Below, piece by piece: positions 1 through 19,018 of a stretch of DNA of 26,290 bases. The DNA lies in the IMG/VR virus record IMGVR_UViG_3300031977_001478, positions 1 through 26,290 of that record, one strand, 5' to 3'. The notes beneath the pieces are model-generated. The model saw only the letters and a program-made list of their open reading frames with translations. It was not told where the DNA came from and did no database searches. This DNA is from a virus. Its lineage: Duplodnaviria > Caudoviricetes. How positions within the stretch are numbered: position 1 is the first letter of the stretch; the number at the start of each line of letters is the position of its first letter. Position numbers and translations under genes: made by a program.

Positions 1-231
1 ATCACCAGGGTTAAAAGGATGTACGGTTGCGTTGACTGTGGTATATCAAATCCAATCATACTTGAGTTTGATCACGTAAAGGGAAGCAAGGTGAACAACA
101 TAGCTGACATGGTAAATCAATCATACAGCCTTACCACGATTAAAGAAGAGATCCGAAAGTGCGAAGTAAGATGCGCAAACTGTCACAGAATCAAAACTCA
201 TGAGCGAAGAAAAGAAGTGTCCTCGTTGTAA
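1..231 (+). CDS. HNH-type endonuclease (probably 5'-truncated by the window edge)
   Basis: CxxC (CVDC), LEFDH and C-terminal CANCHRIKT, the zinc-binding HNH pattern. The frame is open from base 1 (ITRVKR) to the Met at 19, so the true start may lie upstream. Confidence 0.75.
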   Translation: MTRVKRMYGCVDCGISNPIILEFDHVKGSKVNNIADMVNQSYSLTTIKEEIRKCEVRCANCHRIKTHERRKEVSSL

Positions 232-571
232 GTGCGTCAAAACAGAAGAAGAGTACTACGTCAGGAAGGACAGAAAGGGTAAAGCTAAGCTTAGTGGTTT
301 CTGCAAGGCCTGTGTTTGCGAAGAAAGGACTGAAAGAGGTAGAGCCTTCAAGCAGAAGTGCGTTGACTACAAGGGAGGAGAGTGCGAGAGGTGTGGATAC
401 AGCGCTCATAACTGCGCTCTTGACTTTCACCACAACGATCCCAACGAGAAAGACTTTGGCATTGGATATCAGAGACGAACTAAATTTGACGAGAAGATCA
501 TGGCTGAATTGGACAAGTGTTCGTTACTTTGTTCTAACTGCCACAGAGAAAAACACGCAGGAGTATTCTAA
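200..571 (+). CDS. HNH-type endonuclease with N-terminal zinc finger
   Basis: CPRC/CKAC finger, then GGECERCGY...ALDFHH...LLCSNCHREKH, a typical phage HNH signature. Overlaps the previous ORF by 32 nt. Confidence 0.8.
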   Translation: MSEEKKCPRCKCVKTEEEYYVRKDRKGKAKLSGFCKACVCEERTERGRAFKQKCVDYKGGECERCGYSAHNCALDFHHNDPNEKDFGIGYQRRTKFDEKIMAELDKCSLLCSNCHREKHAGVF

Positions 572-577
572 ACAAAC

Positions 578-651
578 GCGCGAGTAGCATAACTGGATAA
601 TGCCCAAACCTTCTAAGTTTGTTATTGGGGGTTCGAGTCCCTCCTCGCGTA
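578..651 (+). tRNA. trnR: tRNA-Arg, anticodon UCU
   Basis: Cloverleaf folded by hand: acceptor GCGCGAG/CTCGCGT; D arm GCAT-AACTGGATA-ATGC with the Arg identity base A20; anticodon stem CAAAC/GTTTG with loop CT-TCT-AA (anticodon 612-614); T arm GGGGG-TTCGAGT-CCCTC; discriminator A651. CCA is not encoded. Confidence 0.95.
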
Positions 652-665
652 CTAATTAAATCAAT

Positions 666-797
666 ATGGCTAAACAAAACATTCAAGTGTACGAGTCTAA
701 CAAAGTGAGACGCAAAGGAGTACACGCTAAGACTAAGCATTCTAAGAGTAAAACATCTAAGAACTACAAGAAGCCTTACGCTTCGCAAGGACGATAA
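666..797 (+). CDS. Small, highly basic 43-aa protein (absent from the ORF track)
   Basis: Manual translation: MAKQNIQVYESNKVRRKGVHAKTKHSKSKTSKNYKKPYASQGR*. It has an AT-rich leader with A at -3, fills the gap between the tRNA and the next gene, and stops 1 nt before the next ATG. Confidence 0.8.
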   Translation: MAKQNIQVYESNKVRRKGVHAKTKHSKSKTSKNYKKPYASQGR

Positions 798-798
798 C

Positions 799-987
799 AT
801 GGCAGAATATATTTGCAAGTGCGAGAAAGCACACGAAGAATCAAAGAGCGGAGTCACAATTAAGTTTGGAGATGACGGCGCCTATCACGACATCAAGTGT
901 CCATGCGGTAAGTACATGGATGTAAAGAACCCAAGGGTTGGCGTTGCCAATTTGGGGAGAATGAATAAACAAGGTAGTAGCTACTAA
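799..987 (+). CDS. Small putative zinc-ribbon protein (62 aa)
   Basis: YICKC..H and IKCPCGKYM cysteine clusters; tight packing with both neighbours. Confidence 0.65.
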   Translation: MAEYICKCEKAHEESKSGVTIKFGDDGAYHDIKCPCGKYMDVKNPRVGVANLGRMNKQGSSY

Positions 988-997
988 AATTAAACCC

Positions 998-2101
998 ATG
1001 AAGTTTAGATTTCACGTATTAGGCCTTCCTCATACTCGTACGACTGAGGAGTATGTTGCTTGCGCGTATACACAAAAGGTTCTCAAGTTTTGCAAGATGA
1101 TGCATGAGCGTGGCCACTACATCATTCATTACGGTACGGCGGGTAGCAACCCTATCTGCGATGAAAACGTAGAGGTCCTTTCTGAAGAGACATTTCAAAA
1201 AGTCTACGGAGATCACGATTTCCGTAGCAAGTGGTTTAAGTTCTCCAATGACGACCCAGCGTATCAAGAGTTTTACCGAAGAGGCATTGAAGAGCTAGGA
1301 AAGAGAAAGCAAAAGAACGACTTTATTCTGCCTTTCTGGGGCAGTGGTGTTCGTGCTATTTGTAACGCTCATGACAAAGACTGCATTGTAGTTGAGCCAG
1401 GTATTGGGTATTCAGGAGGTCATTGGGCTCGATGGAAAATCTTTGAGTCTCACGCACTTCTCCATGCATATAAAGGACTTGGAAGTGTGTCTAGGTGTAA
1501 TATGGACTGGTATGAAACAGTGATCCCTAATTACTTTGACCTTAAAGATTTTGATCGAGGCCCAGACAAGAGAGATGACTACATGCTTTTTGTTGGAAGG
1601 GTTTATGATGGGAAGGGATTGAACATTGCAATTCAGGTTACGGAAAAACTTGGGCTAAAGCTGAAGGTCGCTGGTCAGGCGGCAAATCAATATGCAGAGC
1701 CTGGATACGAATGGCCAGATCATGTTGAGTTTGTTGGATACGTCGGAGTAGAGGAGCGAAAAAAACTCATGAAAAACGCAATGGGTAGTTACGTACCTTC
1801 TATGTATATCGAGCCGTTTGGAGGTGTTCAAATCGAAAACCTACTTTGTGGAACTCCAACCATCACTACAGACTGGGGTGCGTTCGCAGAGAACAACATT
1901 GATGGTGTAACTGGATACAGATGTAGAACCTTTAAGGACTTTGTTGAAGCCACAAGAAAAGTGATCAATAAAGAAATTAGTTACGACGAATGCAGAAGAA
2001 GGGGTGAGAAGTTTTCACTTGAGGCCATTGCCCCTAAGTATGAGAAATACTTTGAGGACGTATACAACGTTTACGAAAAGAAAGGATGGTATGAGATGTA
2101 A
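998..2101 (+). CDS. Glycosyltransferase, GT-B fold (GT4-like)
   Basis: LFVGRVYDGKG, VEFVGYV and EPFGGVQIE (ExF..E motif), followed by GTPTITTDWGAFAE and DGVTGY: a typical Glycos_transf_1 C-terminal domain. Confidence 0.9.
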   Translation: MKFRFHVLGLPHTRTTEEYVACAYTQKVLKFCKMMHERGHYIIHYGTAGSNPICDENVEVLSEETFQKVYGDHDFRSKWFKFSNDDPAYQEFYRRGIEELGKRKQKNDFILPFWGSGVRAICNAHDKDCIVVEPGIGYSGGHWARWKIFESHALLHAYKGLGSVSRCNMDWYETVIPNYFDLKDFDRGPDKRDDYMLFVGRVYDGKGLNIAIQVTEKLGLKLKVAGQAANQYAEPGYEWPDHVEFVGYVGVEERKKLMKNAMGSYVPSMYIEPFGGVQIENLLCGTPTITTDWGAFAENNIDGVTGYRCRTFKDFVEATRKVINKEISYDECRRRGEKFSLEAIAPKYEKYFEDVYNVYEKKGWYEM

Positions 2102-3005
2102 GGTTGCTTTGTTTGGTCCTAAGTCATGGGCTATAGGAAGCATAAACCTTATGCTGAAAAAGCACTTACAAAAAAACGGATTCGATGTAAAGGTTTGCGA
2201 CTGGGGCATTTACAAAGAGTCAAAAGAGGGTCTGGACTGGTGTGATGTGTTTATCACGCCACCAGATCTCCTTAAAAAAATTGTTGTGAATCTTCCCTAC
2301 GAGTACAAATCAAAAGGAATGTATGTGTGGCATTCTTTAGCAAAGATGCCAGGATACAGCTTCGAAGACTCCAACAATCACTTTTTTGTAAAGATCCCAG
2401 TTCAAAAAAATCTGCAGAACAATTACTTCGGCATCACAAAAAATACTGCCGACTCTGTAGAAAAGACATACGGCGTCAATGCTGGTGTTCTTCCTATAGG
2501 TGTTGACACAGAGTTTTGGTCAAAAAGAAGTATCACCAGGATTAAAAAGATTGGACACGTCATAGACCCTAACAACAGGAAAGAACAGTACGTAAATCTG
2601 AAAAGGCCATGGTTGTTCAAGGAGATAGCAGAAAAGGCAGGCCTTGATCATGGCGTTTGCTTTGGAAAGAGTGTTCATACTGGGTCATACATCTACAGCG
2701 ATTTTGACGCCATAGTAAACACCAGCACGCATGAAGGATTGCCTACTCCACTGCTAGAATGCGCTGCTGCAAAAATACCATTTATCTCTACTAGCGTTGG
2801 AATTGTTCCTAAGTACGCATCTGTCAAAACATTTGAAACTTCAGAAGAGGCTGCTGAGATTCTTAAAGAGTTGAACTCAGACCCTGATAAACTGAAAAAG
2901 TATGTAGATGACGTTTATGAAGATGTGGCAATGAGTAATCTATGGAGTGATCACGTAACCAAGCACTACATACCTGCTATTGAAAAAATCTTAGAAAACA
3001 AATGA
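2091..3005 (+). CDS. Glycosyltransferase, GT-B fold (GT4-like), about 304 aa
   Basis: VLPIGVDTEF and STHEGLPTPLLECAAAKIPFISTSVG (EGxP..LE motif). Start reassigned to ATG 2091 (MRCKVALFG), which overlaps the upstream gene by 11 nt, instead of the track's 2004. Confidence 0.8.
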   Translation: MRCKVALFGPKSWAIGSINLMLKKHLQKNGFDVKVCDWGIYKESKEGLDWCDVFITPPDLLKKIVVNLPYEYKSKGMYVWHSLAKMPGYSFEDSNNHFFVKIPVQKNLQNNYFGITKNTADSVEKTYGVNAGVLPIGVDTEFWSKRSITRIKKIGHVIDPNNRKEQYVNLKRPWLFKEIAEKAGLDHGVCFGKSVHTGSYIYSDFDAIVNTSTHEGLPTPLLECAAAKIPFISTSVGIVPKYASVKTFETSEEAAEILKELNSDPDKLKKYVDDVYEDVAMSNLWSDHVTKHYIPAIEKILENK

Positions 3006-3637
3006 GTGTAGTAAACCTAGATAAAAACTACTACTTCATACACGTCCCAAAAACAGGCGGGACAAGCATGGAGGAGCATGTCGGGGGCTTGGCTCATTAC
3101 TCATACAGAACAATAAAGAGGCTTGTTCCGTCTATTGATAATTACTTTGGATTTGCTTTTGTAAGGAACCCATGGACTAGAGTCATATCTTCTTTCTATC
3201 ACAAGCCAAACAATGACGATAGAAATGTTACGAACGCATACCCCAAAAACCCAAACGGATTTAAAAGATTTGTCAAAGAAAGAATGAGGCCGAACATAGG
3301 ATACGAAAAGCAAATTTATTGGTATCCAGAGTATCCAAGCGGAAGGATACATCACCACTTTTTGCCTCAGTACTTTTTTCTTTGCGACAAAGAAGAAAAC
3401 ATTAAAGTTGATTTTATCGGAAGTCTTGAATCAATAAACGAGGATTGGAGCTATGTGTCAAGCAAGATCTTTGGTGATGTAAAGCACTTGACAAAAATGA
3501 ACAAGTCAAATTTTTCTTTTGACTTTATGTCTCACTTTGATGACGAAGAGTCGAACAACATTATCTTAGAGTTTTACAAAAAAGATTTCGAGTGCTTCGG
3601 ATACAGTAAAGATCCTAGAGATGCCCTTAAAAGATGA
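3002..3637 (+). CDS. PAPS-dependent sulfotransferase (Sulfotransfer_2 / carbohydrate sulfotransferase-like)
   Basis: 5'-PSB motif FIHVPKTGGTS and 3'-PB motif FAFVRNPWTRVISSF, plus HFLPQ, DFIGSLE and YKKDFECFGY. ATGA overlap with the previous gene. Confidence 0.9.
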   Translation: MSVVNLDKNYYFIHVPKTGGTSMEEHVGGLAHYSYRTIKRLVPSIDNYFGFAFVRNPWTRVISSFYHKPNNDDRNVTNAYPKNPNGFKRFVKERMRPNIGYEKQIYWYPEYPSGRIHHHFLPQYFFLCDKEENIKVDFIGSLESINEDWSYVSSKIFGDVKHLTKMNKSNFSFDFMSHFDDEESNNIILEFYKKDFECFGYSKDPRDALKR

Positions 3638-5726
3638 AGTTATTGTTTTGGACTCTGAAGGGGGAATGGGAGAGATCATCGAGATCCACGGGCTGGACGT
3701 TGCTCTTCCAAAGAAGCCAGTCAGATCGGAGATACTCTTCCATGACAAACCAAAGAAGCTGCAGATGTGGCGCAGGCAGCCTATGCCTGAAGAACTGCAG
3801 AGGATTAGAAGTATGGATGAGTGGTTCGAAAAGCCTTCCGAGTTTCGAAAGCGCTTTTCTCCTTTCATCGAAAAAGAGTTTGAGCGCAGGCGTAACGGTG
3901 TTTGGTTTTACAACAATGGCGTGCCTACGTACATTACAGGGAGACATTACATGCTTCTCCAGTGGTCGAAGATTGATATCGGATATCCTTACTATCTTGC
4001 CTTCCAACGTGAAATCTTTCTTCACATGGCTGCGTGCGAGGCTGATCCCCGTTGTATCGGTCAGCTTTATACTAAGTGTCGCCGTTCTGGGTACACTAAT
4101 ATCTGTGCTTCTGTTCTTGTCGACGAAGCTACGCAGGTTAAAGACAAGCTTCTTGGAATCCAATCGAAGACTGGTAAAGACTCACAAGAGAACATCTTCA
4201 TGAAGAAGGTCGTTCCGATCTTCAAGTCATACCCATTCTTCTTCAAGCCTATTCAGGACGGTACCACGAACCCTCGCATGGAGTTGGCGTTCCGAGAGCC
4301 ATCTAAGCGAATCACAAAGAACAACAAGACTTCCAGGACTGGTGATGCGTTGAACACCATTATCAACTGGAAGAACACCACCAACAACGCTTATGACGGG
4401 GAGAAGCTGCACATGCTGTACCTCGATGAGGCTGGTAAGTGGGAAAGGCCCGTTGACATACGTGAGGCATGGCGCATCGAAAGAACCTGCCTTATTGTCG
4501 GTCGACGCATAGTTGGCAAGGCTCTTGTAGGTAGTACAGTGAACCCCATGGATAAAGGTGGGGAGGAGTATAAAGCCCTATGGGAAGATTCAAATCCAAA
4601 TGAACGCAATGCAAACGGCAGGACTAAAAGCGGCCTCTATCGCTTGTTTATACCAGCTTATGATGCCCTTGAAGGATTCTTCGATCAATATGGCAATGCA
4701 GTTACAGAGGACCCAAATGGTCCCGTGCGCGGCATCGACGATGAAGACATCGATGTTGGGTCGAAGACGTATCTCAAGAATGAAAGGGACAGCCTAAAGA
4801 ACGATCCTTCAGAGCTGAACGAAGTAGTAAGGCAGTTTCCGTTTACAGAGGACGAGGCCTTCAGAGACAGTATCGAGGGGAGTCTGTTCAATATCGGTAA
4901 GATCTATCAGCAGATAGACTTCAACAACAACATGTATCCCAACCCTGTGGTACGTGGAAACTTTATGTGGAAGCAGAAAGACAAGGAAGTTATTTTCTCT
5001 CCAGATCCAAATGGTAGGTTCCGCGTATCTTGGCATCCTGATGCGGCAGACAGAAACAAAGTTCTTGAGCAAAGAGGCAAAAGAAGTCCTGGTAATAGTC
5101 ATGTTGGTGTTGGTGGGGTTGACTCTTATGACCTTGATCAGACGGTCGATGGAAGAGGATCGAAGGGAGCTCTTCACCTATACAACAAGTTCAACATGCA
5201 TGCGCCGTCCAACATGTTCGTGGTCGAGTATGCATCACGCCCAGACTTGGCAAGCATCTTCTATGAAGATGTACTCATGGCCGCATTCTACTATGGATAC
5301 CCGCTGCTGGTTGAGAACAACAAGTACGGCATCGTAAGGTACTTTGAGTCAAGAGGTTACGACAACTACTTACTTGATAGACCTGCTCATTTGACGAGCT
5401 CAAGCTCGAAGGTGAACGTAAAGACAAAGGGCATACCTTCGAACTCAACTGATGTTATTCAGTCTCATGCTCATGCTATTGAGACATACATTCATAATCA
5501 CGTTGGCATTAAGGCAGAGACTGATGAGGTAGGGAACATGTACTTCAACAAGACTCTTGAAGATTGGATTGGCTACAAGATTACAAATAGAACCAAGTTT
5601 GACTTGACCATCAGCTCTGGTCTTGCACTACTTGCAGCTCAAAAGGTTAAGCAAGAAAAGCCAAAGTCTGACTTCACTGAAAAGAAGTTCTTTCGGAAAT
5701 ACAAGCCAAAACATTACCACCGCTGA
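3621..5726 (+). CDS. terL: Terminase large subunit
   Basis: Walker A-like KCRRSGYT, Walker B LYLDEAGKW, coupling motif GST, RNase H-like nuclease GGVDSYD...KFDLTIS. Lies directly upstream of the portal gene. Confidence 0.92.
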   Translation: MPLKDEVIVLDSEGGMGEIIEIHGLDVALPKKPVRSEILFHDKPKKLQMWRRQPMPEELQRIRSMDEWFEKPSEFRKRFSPFIEKEFERRRNGVWFYNNGVPTYITGRHYMLLQWSKIDIGYPYYLAFQREIFLHMAACEADPRCIGQLYTKCRRSGYTNICASVLVDEATQVKDKLLGIQSKTGKDSQENIFMKKVVPIFKSYPFFFKPIQDGTTNPRMELAFREPSKRITKNNKTSRTGDALNTIINWKNTTNNAYDGEKLHMLYLDEAGKWERPVDIREAWRIERTCLIVGRRIVGKALVGSTVNPMDKGGEEYKALWEDSNPNERNANGRTKSGLYRLFIPAYDALEGFFDQYGNAVTEDPNGPVRGIDDEDIDVGSKTYLKNERDSLKNDPSELNEVVRQFPFTEDEAFRDSIEGSLFNIGKIYQQIDFNNNMYPNPVVRGNFMWKQKDKEVIFSPDPNGRFRVSWHPDAADRNKVLEQRGKRSPGNSHVGVGGVDSYDLDQTVDGRGSKGALHLYNKFNMHAPSNMFVVEYASRPDLASIFYEDVLMAAFYYGYPLLVENNKYGIVRYFESRGYDNYLLDRPAHLTSSSSKVNVKTKGIPSNSTDVIQSHAHAIETYIHNHVGIKAETDEVGNMYFNKTLEDWIGYKITNRTKFDLTISSGLALLAAQKVKQEKPKSDFTEKKFFRKYKPKHYHR

Positions 5727-5732
5727 TTTTGC

Positions 5733-5740
5733 TATATTTG
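5733..5740 (+). promoter_or_regulatory. Bacteroidota-type -7 promoter box upstream of the portal gene
   Basis: TATATTTG matches TAnnTTTG. It lies in a 21-nt intergenic gap, 7 nt before ATG 5748. Confidence 0.7.
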
Positions 5741-5747
5741 CGGTTAG

Positions 5748-8204
5748 ATGTACGGCAAGCAATCAAACAAAAAACCTGGCTTTCCCGATCCGATGCAGCC
5801 CAGATCTGTAAAGGAAGGGAGGGAATATGGCTTGAAATATGCTAAGGCTATTGCAAGTCAGTGGGGCTCGGTAGAGCAAGACAACTCCTTGATGAGGAAG
5901 AGATCAAAGATCTTCAACCGAAATCGAGCTTATGCGCAGGGAACTCAAGATACTACTATCTACAGGCAGCTCCTAACGAGTATGGATCCTAACAATGGGG
6001 ACGGAAGTTTCTTGAATGTTGACTTCACCCCAGTGCCGATCTTGCCAAAGTTTGTTCGGATTGTAACTAACAAGATACTATCATCTGAGCCATATCCGAA
6101 TCTTGAAGCCGTAGATCCATTGTCGTCATCTGAAAAGGACGCGGAAAGAAAGAAGACGCAGGCTCTCGTTGAGGCAAAAGAACAGCTTCAGCAAATCAAG
6201 AAGAAGACAAAGGTGGACATCGCCGATGTCGATAATCTTCCAGATACTTTGGAGGAGGCTGAGATTTTTATGGGTACAAACTTGAAGGCTTCGTCTGAGA
6301 TTGCCGCTCAGATCGCAACCAACATGACCCTAAAGTGGAACGACTTCAATGATTCAGTTTATAGAAGGTGCGTAAATGATCTGGTGTCTATTGGAATTGC
6401 GGCTGTAAAAAGAAGCAATGATCCTAACTACGGAATCAAGACCAGGTATGTAGATCCAGCTAAGCTGATTCACAACCATACACAGGACCCAAACTTTGGC
6501 GACATTGTCTATGCTGGTGAGATTAGAAAGGTCACTATCTCTGAACTTAGACGTCTTTCAAATGGTCAGCTCGCAGAAGAAGAGCTCGCTAAGATTGCGC
6601 AGAAGGCAGCAAAGACATACAACTACAAGACTGCAGATATGAATAGCACGTCATACGACAGCTATCTTCAGCAGACTAAGTATGGCTATGATGAGTTCAT
6701 GGTTGAGATTCTTGACTTCGAGTTCAAGTCAGTGGACTCAATGAACTACGAACAGAAGACAAGCAGATTCGGAAACGTAGGATTCTATCAGAAGTCTGAA
6801 AACTACAAGGGCCCAAAGGAGACGGTGTTTAATCGCCAAGCAAAGAAGCTTGACATCGAGACCATCTATGGTGGAATCTTTGTCATGGGTTGCGATTACA
6901 TCTTTGACTACGGTGTCAAGACCAATATCCCAAAGAACATGCACGACTTGTCTCGTGCAGAATTGTCTTACTCTATCGTAGCTACCAACATTGAAAACTG
7001 CATTCCCAAGTCTATGGTGGACAGCTGCATTGGGTTTGCAGATCAGCTTCAGCTGACACACCTCAAGATTCAGCAAGCGGTAGCCAAGGCTAAGCCTGAT
7101 GGAATCATCATCGATATTGAGGGCTTGGAGAATGTGCAGCTAGGCAAGGGAGGGGATCTCCAACCACTTGAGCTTCACGACATCTACGAGCAGACTGGTG
7201 TCTTTTACTACAGAAGCAAGAACCCAGAAGGAGGATTCCAGAACCCTCCTATCCGAGAGATTGGAAACTCTGTGCGCAACATCAACGAGTTTATTGGTTT
7301 GTACAATCACTACCTCAGAATGATCCGTGACACAACGGGGATCAATGAGGCTATGGATGGCACAACTCCTAAGGGTGAGCAGTTGGTTGGTGTGCGTCAG
7401 CAAGCTATCGCAGCGGGTAACAATGCGATTTATGACATTACGAACTCCTCTATGGTTCTCTTTAAGAAGGTTTGCGCTGACATTGTCAAGTGCTTGCAAA
7501 TCTTGCCTAAGGAGTCTGTTATCTACAAAGCTTATACGAACGCCATTGGATCTGAAAACATGAAGGTTCTCAATGCATTTGAAGACTTGGTCATGTTCAA
7601 CTTCGGTGTTCATGTTGTCAAAGAGATGGAGGATATTGAAAAGCAATACCTCGAAGCAAACATCCAGGCATCTCTAGCTCAGAAGGAGCTTGACATCGAA
7701 GATGCTATTGCCATCAGGCAGCTCAAGGATGTCAACCAAGCCGAGAGGCTGTTGATTGTCCGCCGTAAAAAGCGTATTGCGAGAAACCAGCAGATGGCTC
7801 AGCAGAACGTTCAGATGCAAGCTCAGGTTCAGCAGCAGTCAGCTCAGCAAGCGGCCCAGCTCAAGCAGCAGGAGACCCAGCTGCAGGCTCAGGTTGACTC
7901 ACAGATGGCGCAGATGAAGCATCAGTTTGAGATACAAAGACTTGCTATGGAGCATGAGATGCGTAAGGAGATCGAAATGATTAGAGCTCAGGCTACACTT
8001 GGATTTAGAACTGAAGAGCAGGAGTTCAAAGAAAAACTTGAAGTACTCAAGGAGGATAGAAAGGATGAGAGAGTAGAGAAGCAAGCCGTAGAGCAGAGCA
8101 AGCTTATCTCTCAAAGACAAGGAACCAGGTCTGAGCTTGAGGGAACACCACCTCAGCCAGCCGATCAAGTACAAGAAATCGTAAACAACATCATCGAAGA
8201 ATAA
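5748..8204 (+). CDS. Portal protein
   Basis: 818 aa directly after terL. DFTPVPILPKFV..IV N-terminal motif, IRDTTGINEAMDG motif and a long Gln-rich C-terminal coiled coil (barrel), as in podovirus/crAss-like portals. Confidence 0.88.
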   Translation: MYGKQSNKKPGFPDPMQPRSVKEGREYGLKYAKAIASQWGSVEQDNSLMRKRSKIFNRNRAYAQGTQDTTIYRQLLTSMDPNNGDGSFLNVDFTPVPILPKFVRIVTNKILSSEPYPNLEAVDPLSSSEKDAERKKTQALVEAKEQLQQIKKKTKVDIADVDNLPDTLEEAEIFMGTNLKASSEIAAQIATNMTLKWNDFNDSVYRRCVNDLVSIGIAAVKRSNDPNYGIKTRYVDPAKLIHNHTQDPNFGDIVYAGEIRKVTISELRRLSNGQLAEEELAKIAQKAAKTYNYKTADMNSTSYDSYLQQTKYGYDEFMVEILDFEFKSVDSMNYEQKTSRFGNVGFYQKSENYKGPKETVFNRQAKKLDIETIYGGIFVMGCDYIFDYGVKTNIPKNMHDLSRAELSYSIVATNIENCIPKSMVDSCIGFADQLQLTHLKIQQAVAKAKPDGIIIDIEGLENVQLGKGGDLQPLELHDIYEQTGVFYYRSKNPEGGFQNPPIREIGNSVRNINEFIGLYNHYLRMIRDTTGINEAMDGTTPKGEQLVGVRQQAIAAGNNAIYDITNSSMVLFKKVCADIVKCLQILPKESVIYKAYTNAIGSENMKVLNAFEDLVMFNFGVHVVKEMEDIEKQYLEANIQASLAQKELDIEDAIAIRQLKDVNQAERLLIVRRKKRIARNQQMAQQNVQMQAQVQQQSAQQAAQLKQQETQLQAQVDSQMAQMKHQFEIQRLAMEHEMRKEIEMIRAQATLGFRTEEQEFKEKLEVLKEDRKDERVEKQAVEQSKLISQRQGTRSELEGTPPQPADQVQEIVNNIIEE

Positions 8205-8558
8205 TGGCCGTAGTAAACTTAGATACCGCAGCACGACTTGACATCATTTGCAGAAAAGGAGACAGCTTCTCTCTTGCAGTGGAGTTTGATTCTAACCTTC
8301 CAGACGATAGTGAGGGAAACAACAATGATGTTTGGACTCTTACTATCCGCGAAGCTGTAGATTCTGAAGACGCTTCTTTGGAAAACTTTACTGTTGATGT
8401 AAATGATTCTGACCCAAAGAAGCTAGACATCACAAACACAAGCTCTAATATGGCAGGGATCAACGCAGGCCTTTACGTTTATGACGTTCAGTACAGCGAC
8501 GGTGAGACCCCACCCCAAATCACTACTTACCTTTACGGGACCTTTGAAGTGAGAGAGG

Positions 8559-8578
<20 letters not shown>
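8204..8578 (+). CDS. Small beta-rich virion protein, possibly a fibre adaptor (BppU_N-like)
   Basis: RKGDSFSL...AGLYVYDVQ...[13 protein letters not shown] pattern, as seen in small proteins preceding phage fibre genes. TAATG overlap with the portal gene and 20-nt overlap with the collagen gene. Confidence 0.55.
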
Positions 8579-19016
<10,438 letters not shown>

Positions 19017-19018
19017 TT

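Noticed and set aside
610-616. Reading the tRNA as an amber suppressor because the loop contains CTA
   Set aside because: The 5-bp stem fixes a 7-nt loop C-T-TCT-A-A, so the anticodon is TCT, and A20 supports Arg identity.
2004-2090. Track start of the second glycosyltransferase at 2004
   Set aside because: It would overlap the upstream gene by 98 nt from a non-ATG start. ATG 2091 gives a short coupled overlap and a plausible first beta-strand.
3621-5726. Intron or intein in the terminase gene
   Set aside because: The ORF is continuous at ordinary length with motifs normally spaced, and I saw no intein splice motifs or embedded endonuclease.
7788-7930. CAG/Gln-rich low-complexity stretch in the portal gene
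   Set aside because: Explained by the C-terminal coiled-coil barrel common in podovirus-type portals.
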